From Auanema rhodensis (lineage: Eukaryota > Animalia > Nematoda): DNA of 64,000 nt. This document shows positions 1 through 12,614 of this stretch, in pieces. A program made the position numbers and the translations under genes. Where the stretch lies: contig OZ059900.1 in NCBI GenBank assembly GCA_964057225.1, positions 23,870,001-23,934,000 of the forward strand, read 5' to 3'. The notes below the pieces were generated by a model. It saw only the letters and a program-made list of their open reading frames with translations, made no database searches and had not been told where the DNA came from. Positions within the stretch are counted from its first letter, which is position 1, and every line of letters begins with the position of its first letter.

Positions 1-982
1 ATTAGCATATTCTGAGGGCACGCCCCTTATGGCTAATATTGATTAAATCGATTTTTGTTCATATGAGTCGTCAAATGCAACGAATTTCAGCGTGTTACAT
101 ACTAAAATGAATCATTTTACATGCTGAACACTAGAAAAATACAAAAACACAGTATTTCCCATGAGAAATATTTTATTATGGCTAATATTGATTAAATCGA
201 TTTTTGTTCATATGAGTTGTCAAATGCAACGAATTTCAGCGTGTTACATACTAAAATGAAGGATTTTACATGCTGAACACTAGAAAAATACAAAAACACA
301 GTATTTCCCATGAGAAATATTTTATTATGCTGGAAAACCAGTTTTTGGAAATTTCGCTGTAAACAAGGCTTTGACTTACGATTTCATGTGTTCAAACTCA
401 TGCAATGTCAATGAAACCTAGCTCAAAATTGTTCGTACAACGTCTAGTTCCACTTTCACGACAAAAAAACAGGGGTTAGAAAATTAAGGAAATTAGCATA
501 TTCTGAGGGCACGCCCCTTATGGCTAATATTGATTAAATCGATTTTTGTTCATATGAGTCGTCAAATGCAACGAATTTCAGCGTGTTACATACTAAAATG
601 AATCATTTTACATGCTGAACACTAGAAAAATACAAAAACACAGTATTTCCCATGAGAAATATTTTATTATGGCTAATATTGATTAAATCGATTTTTGTTC
701 ATATGAGTTGTCAAATGCAACGAATTTCAGCGTGTTACATACTAAAATGAAGGATTTTACATGCTGAACACTAGAAAAATACAAAAACACAGTATTTCCC
801 ATGAGAAATATTTTATTATGCTGGAAAACCAGTTTTTGGAAATTTCGCTGTAAACAAGGCTTTGACTTACGATTTCATGTGTTCAAACTCATGCAATGTC
901 AATGAAACCTAGCTCAAAATTGTTCGTACAACGTCTAGTTCCACTTTCACGACAAAAAAACAGGGGTTAGAAAATTAAGGAA
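1..982 (+). repeat. Two tandem 491-bp variant units (c1-180 joined to c32-342), at 1-491 and 492-982
   Basis: After ...ATATTTTATTATG (pos 180) the sequence restarts at GCTAATATTGATT (c32). Next unit starts are at 492 and 983. Confidence 0.96.
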
Positions 983-2007
983 ATTAGCATATTCTGAGGG
1001 CACGCCCCTTATGGCTAATATTGATTAAATCGATTTTTGTTCATATGAGTCGTCAAATGCAACGAATTTCAGCGTGTTACATACTAAAATGAAGGATTTT
1101 ACATGCTGAACACTAGAAAAATACAAAAACACAGTATTTCCCATGAGAAATATTTTATTATGCTGGAAAACCAGTTTTTGGAAATTTCGCTGTAAACAAG
1201 GCTTTGACTTACGATTTCATGTGTTCAAACTCATGCAATGTCAATGAAACCTAGCTCAAAATTGTTCGTACAACGTCTAGTTCCACTTTCACGACAAAAA
1301 AACAGGGGTTAGAAAATTAAGGAAATTAGCATATTCTGAGGGCACGCCCCTTATGGCTAATATTGATTAAATCGATTTTTGTTCATATGAGTCGTCAAAT
1401 GCAACGAATTTCAGCGTGTTACATACTAAAATGAAGCATTTTACATGCTGAACACTAGAAAAAAACAAAAACACAGTATTTCCCATGAGAAATGTTTTAT
1501 TATGCTGGAAAACCAGTTTTTGGAAATTTCGCTGTAAACAAGGTTTTGACTTACGATTTCATGTGTTCAAACTCATGCAATGTCAATGAAACTTAGCTCA
1601 AAATTGTTCGTACAACGTCTAGTTCCACTTTCACGACAAAAAACAGGGGTTAGAAAGTTAAGGAAATTAGCATATTCTGAGGGCACGCCCCTTATGGCTA
1701 ATATTGATTAAATCGATTTTTGTTCATATGAGTCGTCAAATGCAACGAACTTTAGCGTGTTACATACTAAAATGAAGCATTTTACATGCTGAACACTAGA
1801 AAAATACAAAAACACAGTATTTCCCATGAGAAATATTTTATTATGCTGGAAAACCAGTTTTTGGAAATTTCGCTGTAAACAAGGTTTTGACTTACGATTT
1901 CATGTGTTCAAACTCATGCAATGTCAATGAAACCTAGCTCAAAATTGTTCGTACAACGTCTAGTTCCACTTTCACGACAAAAAAACAGGGGTTAGAAAAT
2001 TAAGGAA

Positions 2008-2498
2008 ATTAGCATATTCTGAGGGCACGCCCCTTATGGCTAATATTGATTAAATCGATTTTTGTTCATATGAGTCGTCAAATGCAACGAATTTCAGCGT
2101 GTTACATACTAAAATGAATCATTTTACATGCTGAACACTAGAAAAATACAAAAACACAGTATTTCCCATGAGAAATATTTTATTATGGCTAATATTGATT
2201 AAATCGATTTTTGTTCATATGAGTTGTCAAATGCAACGAATTTCAGCGTGTTACATACTAAAATGAAGGATTTTACATGCTGAACACTAGAAAAATACAA
2301 AAACACAGTATTTCCCATGAGAAATATTTTATTATGCTGGAAAACCAGTTTTTGGAAATTTCGCTGTAAACAAGGCTTTGACTTACGATTTCATGTGTTC
2401 AAACTCATGCAATGTCAATGAAACCTAGCTCAAAATTGTTCGTACAACGTCTAGTTCCACTTTCACGACAAAAAAACAGAGGTTAGAAAATTAAGGAA
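2008..2498 (+). repeat. 491-bp variant unit
   Basis: Same TTATTATG/GCTAAT junction and the same markers AATCATTTT, GAGTTGTC, AAGGATTTT and AAGGCTTTG. Confidence 0.95.
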
Positions 2499-2840
2499 AT
2501 TAGCATATTCTGAGGGCACGCCCCTTATGGCTAATATTGATTAAATCGATTTTTGTTCATATGAGTCGTCAAATGCAACGAATTTCAGCGTGTTACATAC
2601 TAAAATGAAGCATTTTACATGCTGAACACTAGAAAAATACAAAAACACAGTATTTCCCATGAGAAATATTTTATTATGCTGGAAAACCAGTTTTTGGAAA
2701 TTTCGCTGTAAACAAGGTTTTGACTTACGATTTCATGTGTTCAAACTCATGCAATGTCAATGAAACTTAGCTCAAAATTGTTCGTACAACGTCTAGTTCC
2801 ACTTTCACGACAAAAAAACAGGGGTTAGAAAATTAAGGAA

Positions 2841-3822
2841 ATTAGCATATTCTGAGGGCACGCCCCTTATGGCTAATATTGATTAAATCGATTTTTGTTC
2901 ATATGAGTCGTCAAATGCAACGAATTTCAGCGTGTTACATACTAAAATGAATCATTTTACATGCTGAACACTAGAAAAATACAAAAACACAGTATTTCCC
3001 ATGAGAAATATTTTATTATGGCTAATATTGATTAAATCGATTTTTGTTCATATGAGTCGTCAAATGCAACGAATTTCAGCGTGTTACATACTAAAATGAA
3101 GCATTTTACATGCTGAACACTAGAAAAATACAAAAACACAGTATTTCCCATGAGAAATATTTTATTATGCTGGAAAACCAGTTTTTGGAAATTTCGCTGT
3201 AAACAAGGTTTTGACTTACGATTTCATGTGTTCAAACTCATGCAATGTCAATGAAACCTAGCTCAAAATTGTTCGTACAACGTCTAGTTCCACTTTCACG
3301 ACAAAAAAACAGGGGTTAGAAAATTAAGGAAATTAGCATATTCTGAGGGCACGCCCCTTATGGCTAATATTGATTAAATCGATTTTTGTTCATATGAGTC
3401 GTCAAATGCAACGAATTTCAGCGTGTTACATACTAAAATGAATCATTTTACATGCTGAACACTAGAAAAATACAAAAACACAGTATTTCCCATGAGAAAT
3501 ATTTTATTATGGCTAATATTGATTAAATCGATTTTTGTTCATATGAGTTGTCAAATGCAACGAATTTCAGCGTGTTACATACTAAAATGAAGGATTTTAC
3601 ATGCTGAACACTAGAAAAATACAAAAACACAGTATTTCCCATGAGAAATATTTTATTATGCTGGAAAACCAGTTTTTGGAAATTTCGCTGTAAACAAGGC
3701 TTTGACTTACGATTTCATGTGTTCAAACTCATGCAATGTCAATGAAACCTAGCTCAAAATTGTTCGTACAACGTCTAGTTCCACTTTCACGACAAAAAAA
3801 CAGGGGTTAGAAAATTAAGGAA
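2841..3822 (+). repeat. Two tandem 491-bp variant units (2841-3331, 3332-3822); the first has a consensus-type second half
   Basis: Junctions at 3020/3021 and 3511/3512. Confidence 0.95.
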
Positions 3823-4164
3823 ATTAGCATATTCTGAGGGCACGCCCCTCATGGCTAATATTGATTAAATCGATTTTTGTTCATATGAGTCGTCAAATGC
3901 AACGAATTTCAGCGTGTTACATACTAAAATGAAGCATTTTACATGCTGAACACTAGAAAAATACAAAAACACAGTATTTCCCATGAGAAATATTTTATTA
4001 TACTGGAAAACCAGTTTTTGGAAATTTCGCTGTAAACAAGGTTTTGACTTACGATTTCATGTGTTCAAACTCATGCAATGTCAATGAAACCTAGCTCAAA
4101 ATTGTTCGTACAACGTCTAGTTCCACTTTCACGACAAAAAAACAGGGGTTAGAAAATTAAGGAA

Positions 4165-4651
4165 ATTAGCATATTCTGAGGGCACGCCCCTTATGGCTAA
4201 TATTGATTAAATCGATTTTTGTTCATATGAGTCGTCAAATGCAACGAATTTCAGCGTCACAGTATTTCAAACCCCTGTTTTTTTGTCGTGAAAGTGGAAC
4301 TAGACGTTGTACGAACAATTTTGAGCTAAGTTTCATTGACATTGCATGAGTTTGAACACATGAAATCGTAAGTCAAAACCTTGTTTACAGCGAAATTTCC
4401 AAAAACTGGTTTTCCAGCATAATAAAATATTTCTCATGGGAAATACTGTGTTTTTGTATTTTTCTAGTGTTCAGCATGTAAAATGCTTCATTTTAGTATG
4501 TAACACGCTGAAATCGCTGTAAACAAGGTTTTGACTTACGATTTCATGTGTTCAAACTCATGCAATGTCAATGAAACCTAACTCAAAATTGTTCGTACAT
4601 CGTCTAGTTCCACTTTCACGACAAAAAAACAGGGGTTAGAAAATTAAGGAA
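4165..4651. repeat. 487-bp rearranged unit, copy 1, with internal inversion at 4270-4514
   Basis: Order: c1-93 forward, CACAGTATTTC (c148-158), A, reverse complement of c84-328, then forward c206-342. Lengths 93+11+1+245+137=487. Confidence 0.96.
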
Positions 4652-5335
4652 ATTAGCATATTCTGAGGGCACGCCCCTTATGGCTAATATTGATTAAATC
4701 GATTTTTGTTCATATGAGTCGTCAAATGCAACGAATTTCAGCGTGTTACATACTAAAATGAAGCATTTTACATGCTGAACACTAGAAAAATACAAAAACA
4801 CAGTATTTCCCATGAGAAATATTTTATTATGCTGGAAAACCAGTTTTTGGAAATTTCGCTGTAAACAAGGTTTTGACTTACGATTTCATGTGTTCAAACT
4901 CATGCAATGTCAATGAAACCTAGCTCAAAATTGTTCGTACAACGTCTAGTTCCACTTTCACGACAAAAAAACAGGGGTTAGAAAATTAAGGAAATTAGCA
5001 TATTCTGAGGGCGCGCCCCTTATGGCTAATATTGATTAAATCGATTTTTGTTCATATGAGTCGTCAAATGCAACGAATTTCAGCGTGTTACATACTAAAA
5101 TGAAGCATTTTACATGCTGAACACTAGAAAAATACAAAAACACAGTATTTCCCATGAGAAATATTTTATTATACTGGAAAACCAGTTTTTGGAAATTTCG
5201 CTGTAAACAAGGTTTTGACTTACGATTTCATGTGTTCAAACTCATGCAATGTCAATGAAACCTAGCTCAAAATTGTTCGTACAACGTCTAGTTCCACTTT
5301 CACGACAAAAAAACAGGGGTTAGAAAATTAAGGAA

Positions 5336-5822
5336 ATTAGCATATTCTGAGGGCACGCCCCTTATGGCTAATATTGATTAAATCGATTTTTGTTCATATG
5401 AGTCGTCAAATGCAACGAATTTCAGCGTCACAGTATTTCAAACCCCTGTTTTTTTGTCGTGAAAGTGGAACTAGACGTTGTACGAACAATTTTGAGCTAA
5501 GTTTCATTGACATTGCATGAGTTTGAACACATGAAATCGTAAGTCAAAACCTTGTTTACAGCGAAATTTCCAAAAACTGGTTTTCCAGCATAATAAAATA
5601 TTTCTCATGGGAAATACTGTGTTTTTGTATTTTTCTAGTGTTCAGCATGTAAAATGCTTCATTTTAGTATGTAACACGCTGAAATCGCTGTAAACAAGGT
5701 TTTGACTTACGATTTCATGTGTTCAAACTCATGCAATGTCAATGAAACCTAACTCAAAATTGTTCGTACAACGTCTAGTTCCACTTTCACGACAAAAAAA
5801 CAGGGGTTAGAAAATTAAGGAA
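5336..5822. repeat. 487-bp rearranged unit, copy 2 (inversion 5441-5685)
   Basis: Identical junctions TCAGCGTCACAGTATTTCAAACCCCTG and CACGCTGAAATCGCTGTAAAC. Confidence 0.96.
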
Positions 5823-6164
5823 ATTAGCATATTCTGAGGGCACGCCCCTTATGGCTAATATTGATTAAATCGATTTTTGTTCATATGAGTCGTCAAATGC
5901 AACGAATTTCAGCGTGTTACATACTAAAATGAAGCATTTTACATGCTGAACACTAGAAAAATACAAAAACACAGTATTTCCCATGAGAAATATTTTATTA
6001 TGCTGGAAAACCAGTTTTTGGAAATTTCGCTGTAAACAAGGTTTTGACTTACGATTTCATGTGTTCAAACTCATGCAATGTCAATGAAACCTAGCTCAAA
6101 ATTGTTCGTACAACGTCTAGTTCCACTTTCACGACAAAAAAACAGGGGTTAGAAAATTAAGGAA

Positions 6165-6651
6165 ATTAGCATATTCTGAGGGCACGCCCCTTATGGCTAA
6201 TATTGATTAAATCGATTTTTGTTCATATGAGTCGTCAAATGCAACGAATTTCAGCGTCACAGTATTTCAAACCCCTGTTTTTTTGTCGTGAAAGTGGAAC
6301 TAGACGTTGTACGAACAATTTTGAGCTAAGTTTCATTGACATTGCATGAGTTTGAACACATGAAATCGTAAGTCAAAACCTTGTTTACAGCGAAATTTCC
6401 AAAAACTGGTTTTCCAGCATAATAAAATATTTCTCATGGGAAATACTGTGTTTTTGTATTTTTCTAGTGTTCAGCATGTAAAATGCTTCATTTTAGTATG
6501 TAACACGCTGAAATCGCTGTAAACAAGGTTTTGACTTACGATTTCATGTGTTCAAACTCATGCAATGTCAATGAAACCTAACTCAAAATTGTTCGTACAA
6601 CGTCTAGTTCCACTTTCACGACAAAAAAACAGGGGTTAGAAAATTAAGGAA
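6165..6651. repeat. 487-bp rearranged unit, copy 3 (inversion 6270-6514)
   Basis: Identical junctions to copy 1. Confidence 0.96.
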
Positions 6652-9600
6652 ATTAGCATATTCTGAGGGCACGCCCCTTATGGCTAATATTGATTAAATC
6701 GATTTTTGTTCATATGAGTCGTCAAATGCAACAAATTTCAGCGTGTTACATACTAAAATGAAGCATTTTACATGCTGAACACTAGAAAAATACAAAAACA
6801 CAGTATTTCCCATGAAAAATATTTTATTATGCTGGAAAACCAGTTTTTGGAAATTTCGCTGTAAACAAGGTTTTGACTTACGATTTCATGTGTTCAAACT
6901 CATGCAATGTCAATGAAACCTAACTCAAAATTGTTCGTACAACGTCTTGTTCCACTTTCACGACAAAAAAACAGGGGTTAGAAAATTAAGGAAATTAGCA
7001 TATTCTGAGGGCATGCCCCTTATGGCTAATAATGATTAAATCGATTTTTGTTCATATGAGTCGTCAAATGCAACGAATTTCAGCGTGTTACATACTAAAA
7101 TGAAGCATTTTACATGCTGAACACTAGAAAAATACAAAAACACAGTATTTCCCATGAGAAATATTTTATTATGCTGGAAAACCAGTTTTTGGAAATTTCG
7201 CTGTAAACAAGGTTTTGACTTACGATTTCATGTGTTCAAACTCATGCAATGTCAATGAAACCTAGCTCAAAATTGTTCGTACAACGTCTAGTTCTACTTT
7301 CACGACAAAAAAACAGGGGTTAGAAAATTAAGGAAATTAGCATATTCTGAGGGCACGCCCCTTATAGCTAATATTGATTAAATCGATTTTTGTTCATATG
7401 AGTCGTCAAATGCAACGAATTTCAGCGTGTTACATACTAAAATGAAGCATTTTACATGCTGAACACTAGAAAAATACAAAAACACAGTATTTCCCATGAG
7501 AAATATTTTATTATGCTGGAAAACTAGTTTTTGGAAATTTCGCTGTAAACAAGGTTTTGACTTACGATTTCATGTGTTCAAACTCATGCAATGTCAATGA
7601 AACCTAGCTCAAAATTGTTCGTACAACGTCTAGTTCCACTTTCACGACAAAAAAACAGGGGTTAGAAAATTATGGAAATTAGCATATTCTGAGGGCACGC
7701 CCCTTATGGCTAATATTGATTAAATCGATTTTTGTTCATATGAGTCGTCAAATGCAACGAATTTCAGCGTGTTACATACTAAAATGAAGCATTTTACATG
7801 CTGAACACTAGAAAAATACAAAAACACAGTATTTCCCATGAGAAATATTTTATTATGCTGGAAAACCAGTTTTTGGAAATTTCGCTGTAAACAAGGTTTT
7901 GACTTACGATTTCATGTGTTCAAACTCATGCAATGTCAATGAAACCTAACTCAAAATTGTTCGTACAACGTCTAGTTCCACTTTCACGACAAAAAAACAG
8001 GGGTTAGAAAATTAAGGAAATTAGCATATTCTGAGGGCACGCCCCTTATGGCTAATAATGATTAAATCGATTTTTGTTCATATGAGTCGTCAAATGCAAC
8101 GAATTTCAGCGTGTTACATACTAAAATGAAGCATTTTACATGCTGAACACTAGAAAAATACAAAAACACAGTATTTCCCATGAGAAATATTTTATTATGC
8201 TGGAAAACCAGTTTTTGGAAATTTCGCTGTAAACAAGGTTTTGACTTACGATTTCATGTGTTCAAACTCATGCAATGTCAATGAAACCTAGCTCAAAATT
8301 GTTCGTACAACGTCTAGTTCCACTTTCACGACAAAAAAACAGGGGTTAGAAAATTAAGGAAATTAGTATATTCTGAGGGCACGCCCCTTATGGCTAATAT
8401 TGATTAAATCGATTTTTGTTCATATGAGTCGTCAAATGCAACGAATTTCAGCGTGTTACATACTAAAATGAAGCATTTTACATGCTGAACACTAGAAAAA
8501 TACAAAAACACAGTATTTCCCATGAGAAATATTTTATTATGCTGGAAAACCAGTTTTTGGAAATTTCGCTGTAAACAAGGTTTTGACTTACGATTTCATG
8601 TGTTCAAACTCATGCAATGTCAATGAAACCTAGCTCAAAATTGTTCGTACAACGTCTAGTTCCACTTTCACGACAAAAAAACAGGGGTTAGAAAATTAAG
8701 GAAATTAGTATATTCTGAGGGCACGCCCCTTATGGCTAATATTGATTAAATCGATTTTTGTTCATATGAGTCGTCAAATGCAACGAATTTCAGCGTGTTA
8801 CATACTAAAATGAAGCATTTTACATGCTGAACACTAGAAAAAAACAAAAACACAGTATTTCCCATGAGAAATATTTTATTATGCTGGAAAACCAGTTTTT
8901 GGAAATTTCGCTGTAAACAAGGTTTTGACATACGATTTCATGTGTTCAAACTCATGCAATGTCAATGAAACTTAGCTCAAAATTGTTCGTACAACGTCTA
9001 GTTCCACTTTCACGACAAAAAAACAGGGGTTAGAAAATTAAGGAAATTAGCATATTCTGAGGGCACGCCCCTTATGGCTAATATTGATTAAATCGATTTT
9101 TGTTCATATGAGTCGTCAAATGCAACGAATTTCAGCGTGTTACATACTAAAATGAAGCATTTTACATGCTGAACACTAGAAAAATACAAAAACACAGTAT
9201 TTCCCATGAGAAATATTTTATTATGCTGGAAAACCAGTTTTTGGAAATTTCGCTGTAAACAAGGTTTTGACTTACGATTGCATGTGTTCAAACTCATGCA
9301 ATGTCAATGAAACCTAGCTCAAAATTGTTCGTACAACGTCTAGTTCCACTTTCACGACAAAAAAACAGGGGTTAGAAAATTAAGGAAATTAGTATATTCT
9401 GAGGGCACGCCCCTTATGGCTAATATTGATTAAATCGATTTTTGTTCATATGAGTCGTCAAATGCAACGAATTTCAGCGTGTTACATACTAAAATGAAGC
9501 ATTTTACATGCTGAACACTAGAAAAATACAAAAACACAGTATTTCCCATGAGAAATATTTTATTATGCTGGAAAACCAGTTTTTGGAAATTTCGCTGTAA

Positions 9601-12123
9601 ACAAGGTTTTGACTTACGATTTCATGTGTTCAAACTCATGCAATGTCAATGAAACCTAGCTCAAAATTGTTCGTACAACGTCTAGTTCCACTTTCACGAC
9701 AAAAAAACAGGGGTTAGAAAATTAAGGAAATTAGCATATTCTGAGGGCACGCCCCTTATGGCTAATATTGATTAAATCGATTTTTGTTCATATGAGTCGT
9801 CAAATGCAACGAATTTCAGCGTGTTACATACTAAAATGAAGCATTTTCCATGCTGAACACTAGAAAAATACAAAAACACAGTATTTCCCATGAGAAATAT
9901 TTTATTATGCTGGAAAACCAGTTTTTGGAAATTTCGCTGTAAACAAGGTTTTGACTTACGATTTCATGTGTTCAAACTCATGCAATGTCAATGAAACCTA
10001 ACTCAAAATTGTTCGTACAACGTCTAGTTCCACTTTCACGACAAAAAAACAGGGGTTAGAAAATTAAGGAAATTAGCATATTCTGAGGGCACGCCCCTTA
10101 TGGCTAATAATGATTAAATCGATTTTTGTTCATATGAGTCGTCAAATGCAACGAATTTCAGCGTGTTACATACTAAAATGAAGCATTTTACATGCTGAAC
10201 ACTAGAAAAATACAAAAACACAGTATTTCCCATGAGAAATATTTTATTATGCTGGAAAACCAGTTTTTGGAAATTTCGCTGTAAACAAGGTTTTGACTTA
10301 CGATTTCATGTGTTCAAACTCATGCAATGTCAATGAAACCTAGCTCAAAATTGTTCGTACAACGTCTAGTTCCACTTTCACGACAAAAAAACAGGGGTTA
10401 GAAAATTAAGGAAATTAGTATATTCTGAGGGCACGCCCCTTATGGCTAATATTGATTAAATCGATTTTTGTTCATATGAGTCGTCAAATGCAACGAATTT
10501 CAGCGTGTTACATACTAAAATGAAGCATTTTACATGCTGAACACTAGAAAAATACAAAAACACAGTATTTCCCATGAGAAATATTTTATTATGCTGGAAA
10601 ACCAGTTTTTGGAAATTTCGCTGTAAACAAGGTTTTGACTTACGATTTCATGTGTTCAAACTCATGCAATGTCAATGAAACCTAGCTCAAAATTGTTTGT
10701 ACAACGTCTAGTTCCACTTTCACGACAAAAAAACAGGGGTTAGAAAATTAAGGAAATTAGTATATTCTGAGGGCACGCCCCTTATGGCTAATATTGATTA
10801 AATCGATTTTTGTTCATATGAGTCGTCAAATGCAACGAATTTCAGCGTGTTACATACTAAAATGAAGCATTTTACATGCTGAACACTAGAAAAAAACAAA
10901 AACACAGTATTTCCCATGAGAAATATTTTATTATGCTGGAAAACCAGTTTTTGGAAATTTCGCTGTAAACAAGGTTTTGACATACGATTTCATGTGTTCA
11001 AACTCATGCAATGTCAATGAAACTTAGCTCAAAATTGTTCGTACAACGTCTAGTTCCACTTTCACGACAAAAAAACAGGGGTTAGAAAATTAAGGAAATT
11101 AGCATATTCTGAGGGCACGCCCCTTATGGCTAATATTGATTAAATCGATTTTTGTTCATATGAGTCGTCAAATGCAACGAATTTCAGCGTGTTACATACT
11201 AAAATGAAGCATTTTACATGCTGAACACTAGAAAAATACAAAAACACAGTATTTCCCATGAGAAATATTTTATTATGCTGGAAAACCAGTTTTTGGAAAT
11301 TTCGCTGTAAACAAGGTTTTGACTTACGATTTCATGTGTTCAAACTCATGCAATGTCAATGAAACCTAGCTCAAAATTGTTCGTACAACGTCTAGTTCCA
11401 CTTTCACGACAAAAAAACAGGGGTTAGAAAATTAAGGAAATTAGTATATTCTGAGGGCACGCCCCTTATGGCTAATATTGATTAAATCGATTTTTGTTCA
11501 TATGAGTCGTCAAATGCAACGAATTTCAGCGTGTTACATACTAAAATGAAGCATTTTACATGCTGAACACTAGAAAAAAACAAAAACACAGTATTTCCCA
11601 TGAGAAATATTTTATTATGCTGGAAAACCAGTTTTTGGAAATTTCGCTGTAAACAAGGTTTTGACTTACGATTTCATGTGTTCAAACTCATGCAATGTCA
11701 ATGAAACTTAGCTCAAAATTGTTCGTACAACGTCTAGTTCCACTTTCACGACAAAAAAACAGGGGTTAGAAAATTAAGGAAATTAGCATATTCTGAGGGC
11801 ACGCCCCTTATGGCTAATATTGATTAAATCGATTTTTGTTCATATGAGTCGTCAAATGCAACGAATTTCAGCGTGTTACATACTAAAATGAAGCATTTTA
11901 CATGCTGAACACTAGAAAAATACAAAAACACAGTATTTCCCATGAGAAATATTTTATTATGCTGGAAAACCAGTTTTTGGAAATTTCGCTGTAAACAAGG
12001 TTTTGACTTACGATTTCATGTGTTCAAACTCATGCAATGTCAATGAAACTTAGCTCAAAATTGTTCGTACAACGTCTAGTTCCACTTTCACGACAAAAAA
12101 ACAGGGGTTAGAAAATTAAGGAA

Positions 12124-12614
12124 ATTAGCATATTCTGAGGGCACGCCCCTTATGGCTAATATTGATTAAATCGATTTTTGTTCATATGAGTCGTCAAATG
12201 CAACGAATTTCAGCGTGTTACATACTAAAATGAATCATTTTACATGCTGAACACTAGAAAAATACAAAAACACAGTATTTCCCATGAGAAATATTTTATT
12301 ATGGCTAATATTGATTAAATCGATTTTTGTTCATATGAGTTGTCAAATGCAACGAATTTCAGCGTGTTACATACTAAAATGAAGGATTTTACATGCTGAA
12401 CACTAGAAAAATACAAAAACACAGTATTTCCCATGAGAAATATTTTATTATGCTGGAAAACCAGTTTTTGGAAATTTCGCTGTAAACAAGGCTTTGACTT
12501 ACGATTTCATGTGTTCAAACTCATGCAATGTCAATGAAACCTAGCTCAAAATTGTTCGTACAACGTCTAGTTCCACTTTCACGACAAAAAAACAGGGGTT
12601 AGAAAATTAAGGAA
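12124..12614 (+). repeat. 491-bp variant unit
   Basis: Same junction and markers as the other 491-bp units. Confidence 0.95.

Noticed and set aside
431-447. CENP-B box-like GTTCGTACAACGTCTAG
   Set aside because: It matches TTCG and A but lacks the CGGG part of the NTTCGNNNNANNCGGGN core (5 of 9 positions).
470-497. Telomere-like GGGGTTAG...TTAAGG...TTAG or a G-quadruplex
   Set aside because: It is a single degenerate occurrence per monomer, not tandem, with too few G-runs for a canonical G4.
4248-4514. Inverted segment as a MITE/transposon or a recombinase-invertible switch (10-bp inverted ends ATTTCAGCGT/ACGCTGAAAT)
   Set aside because: It consists wholly of satellite sequence, with no target-site duplication. 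The inverted ends result from overlap of c84-93. The rearrangement is unbalanced and has the same orientation in all five copies.
6652-6993. Monomer as a 2x171-bp alpha-satellite-like dimer or a 3x114-bp trimer
   Set aside because: I see no similarity between the halves at a 171-bp offset and no alphoid motifs. Only a short resemblance (c83-99 vs c201-216) is visible, which is insufficient without a self-alignment test.
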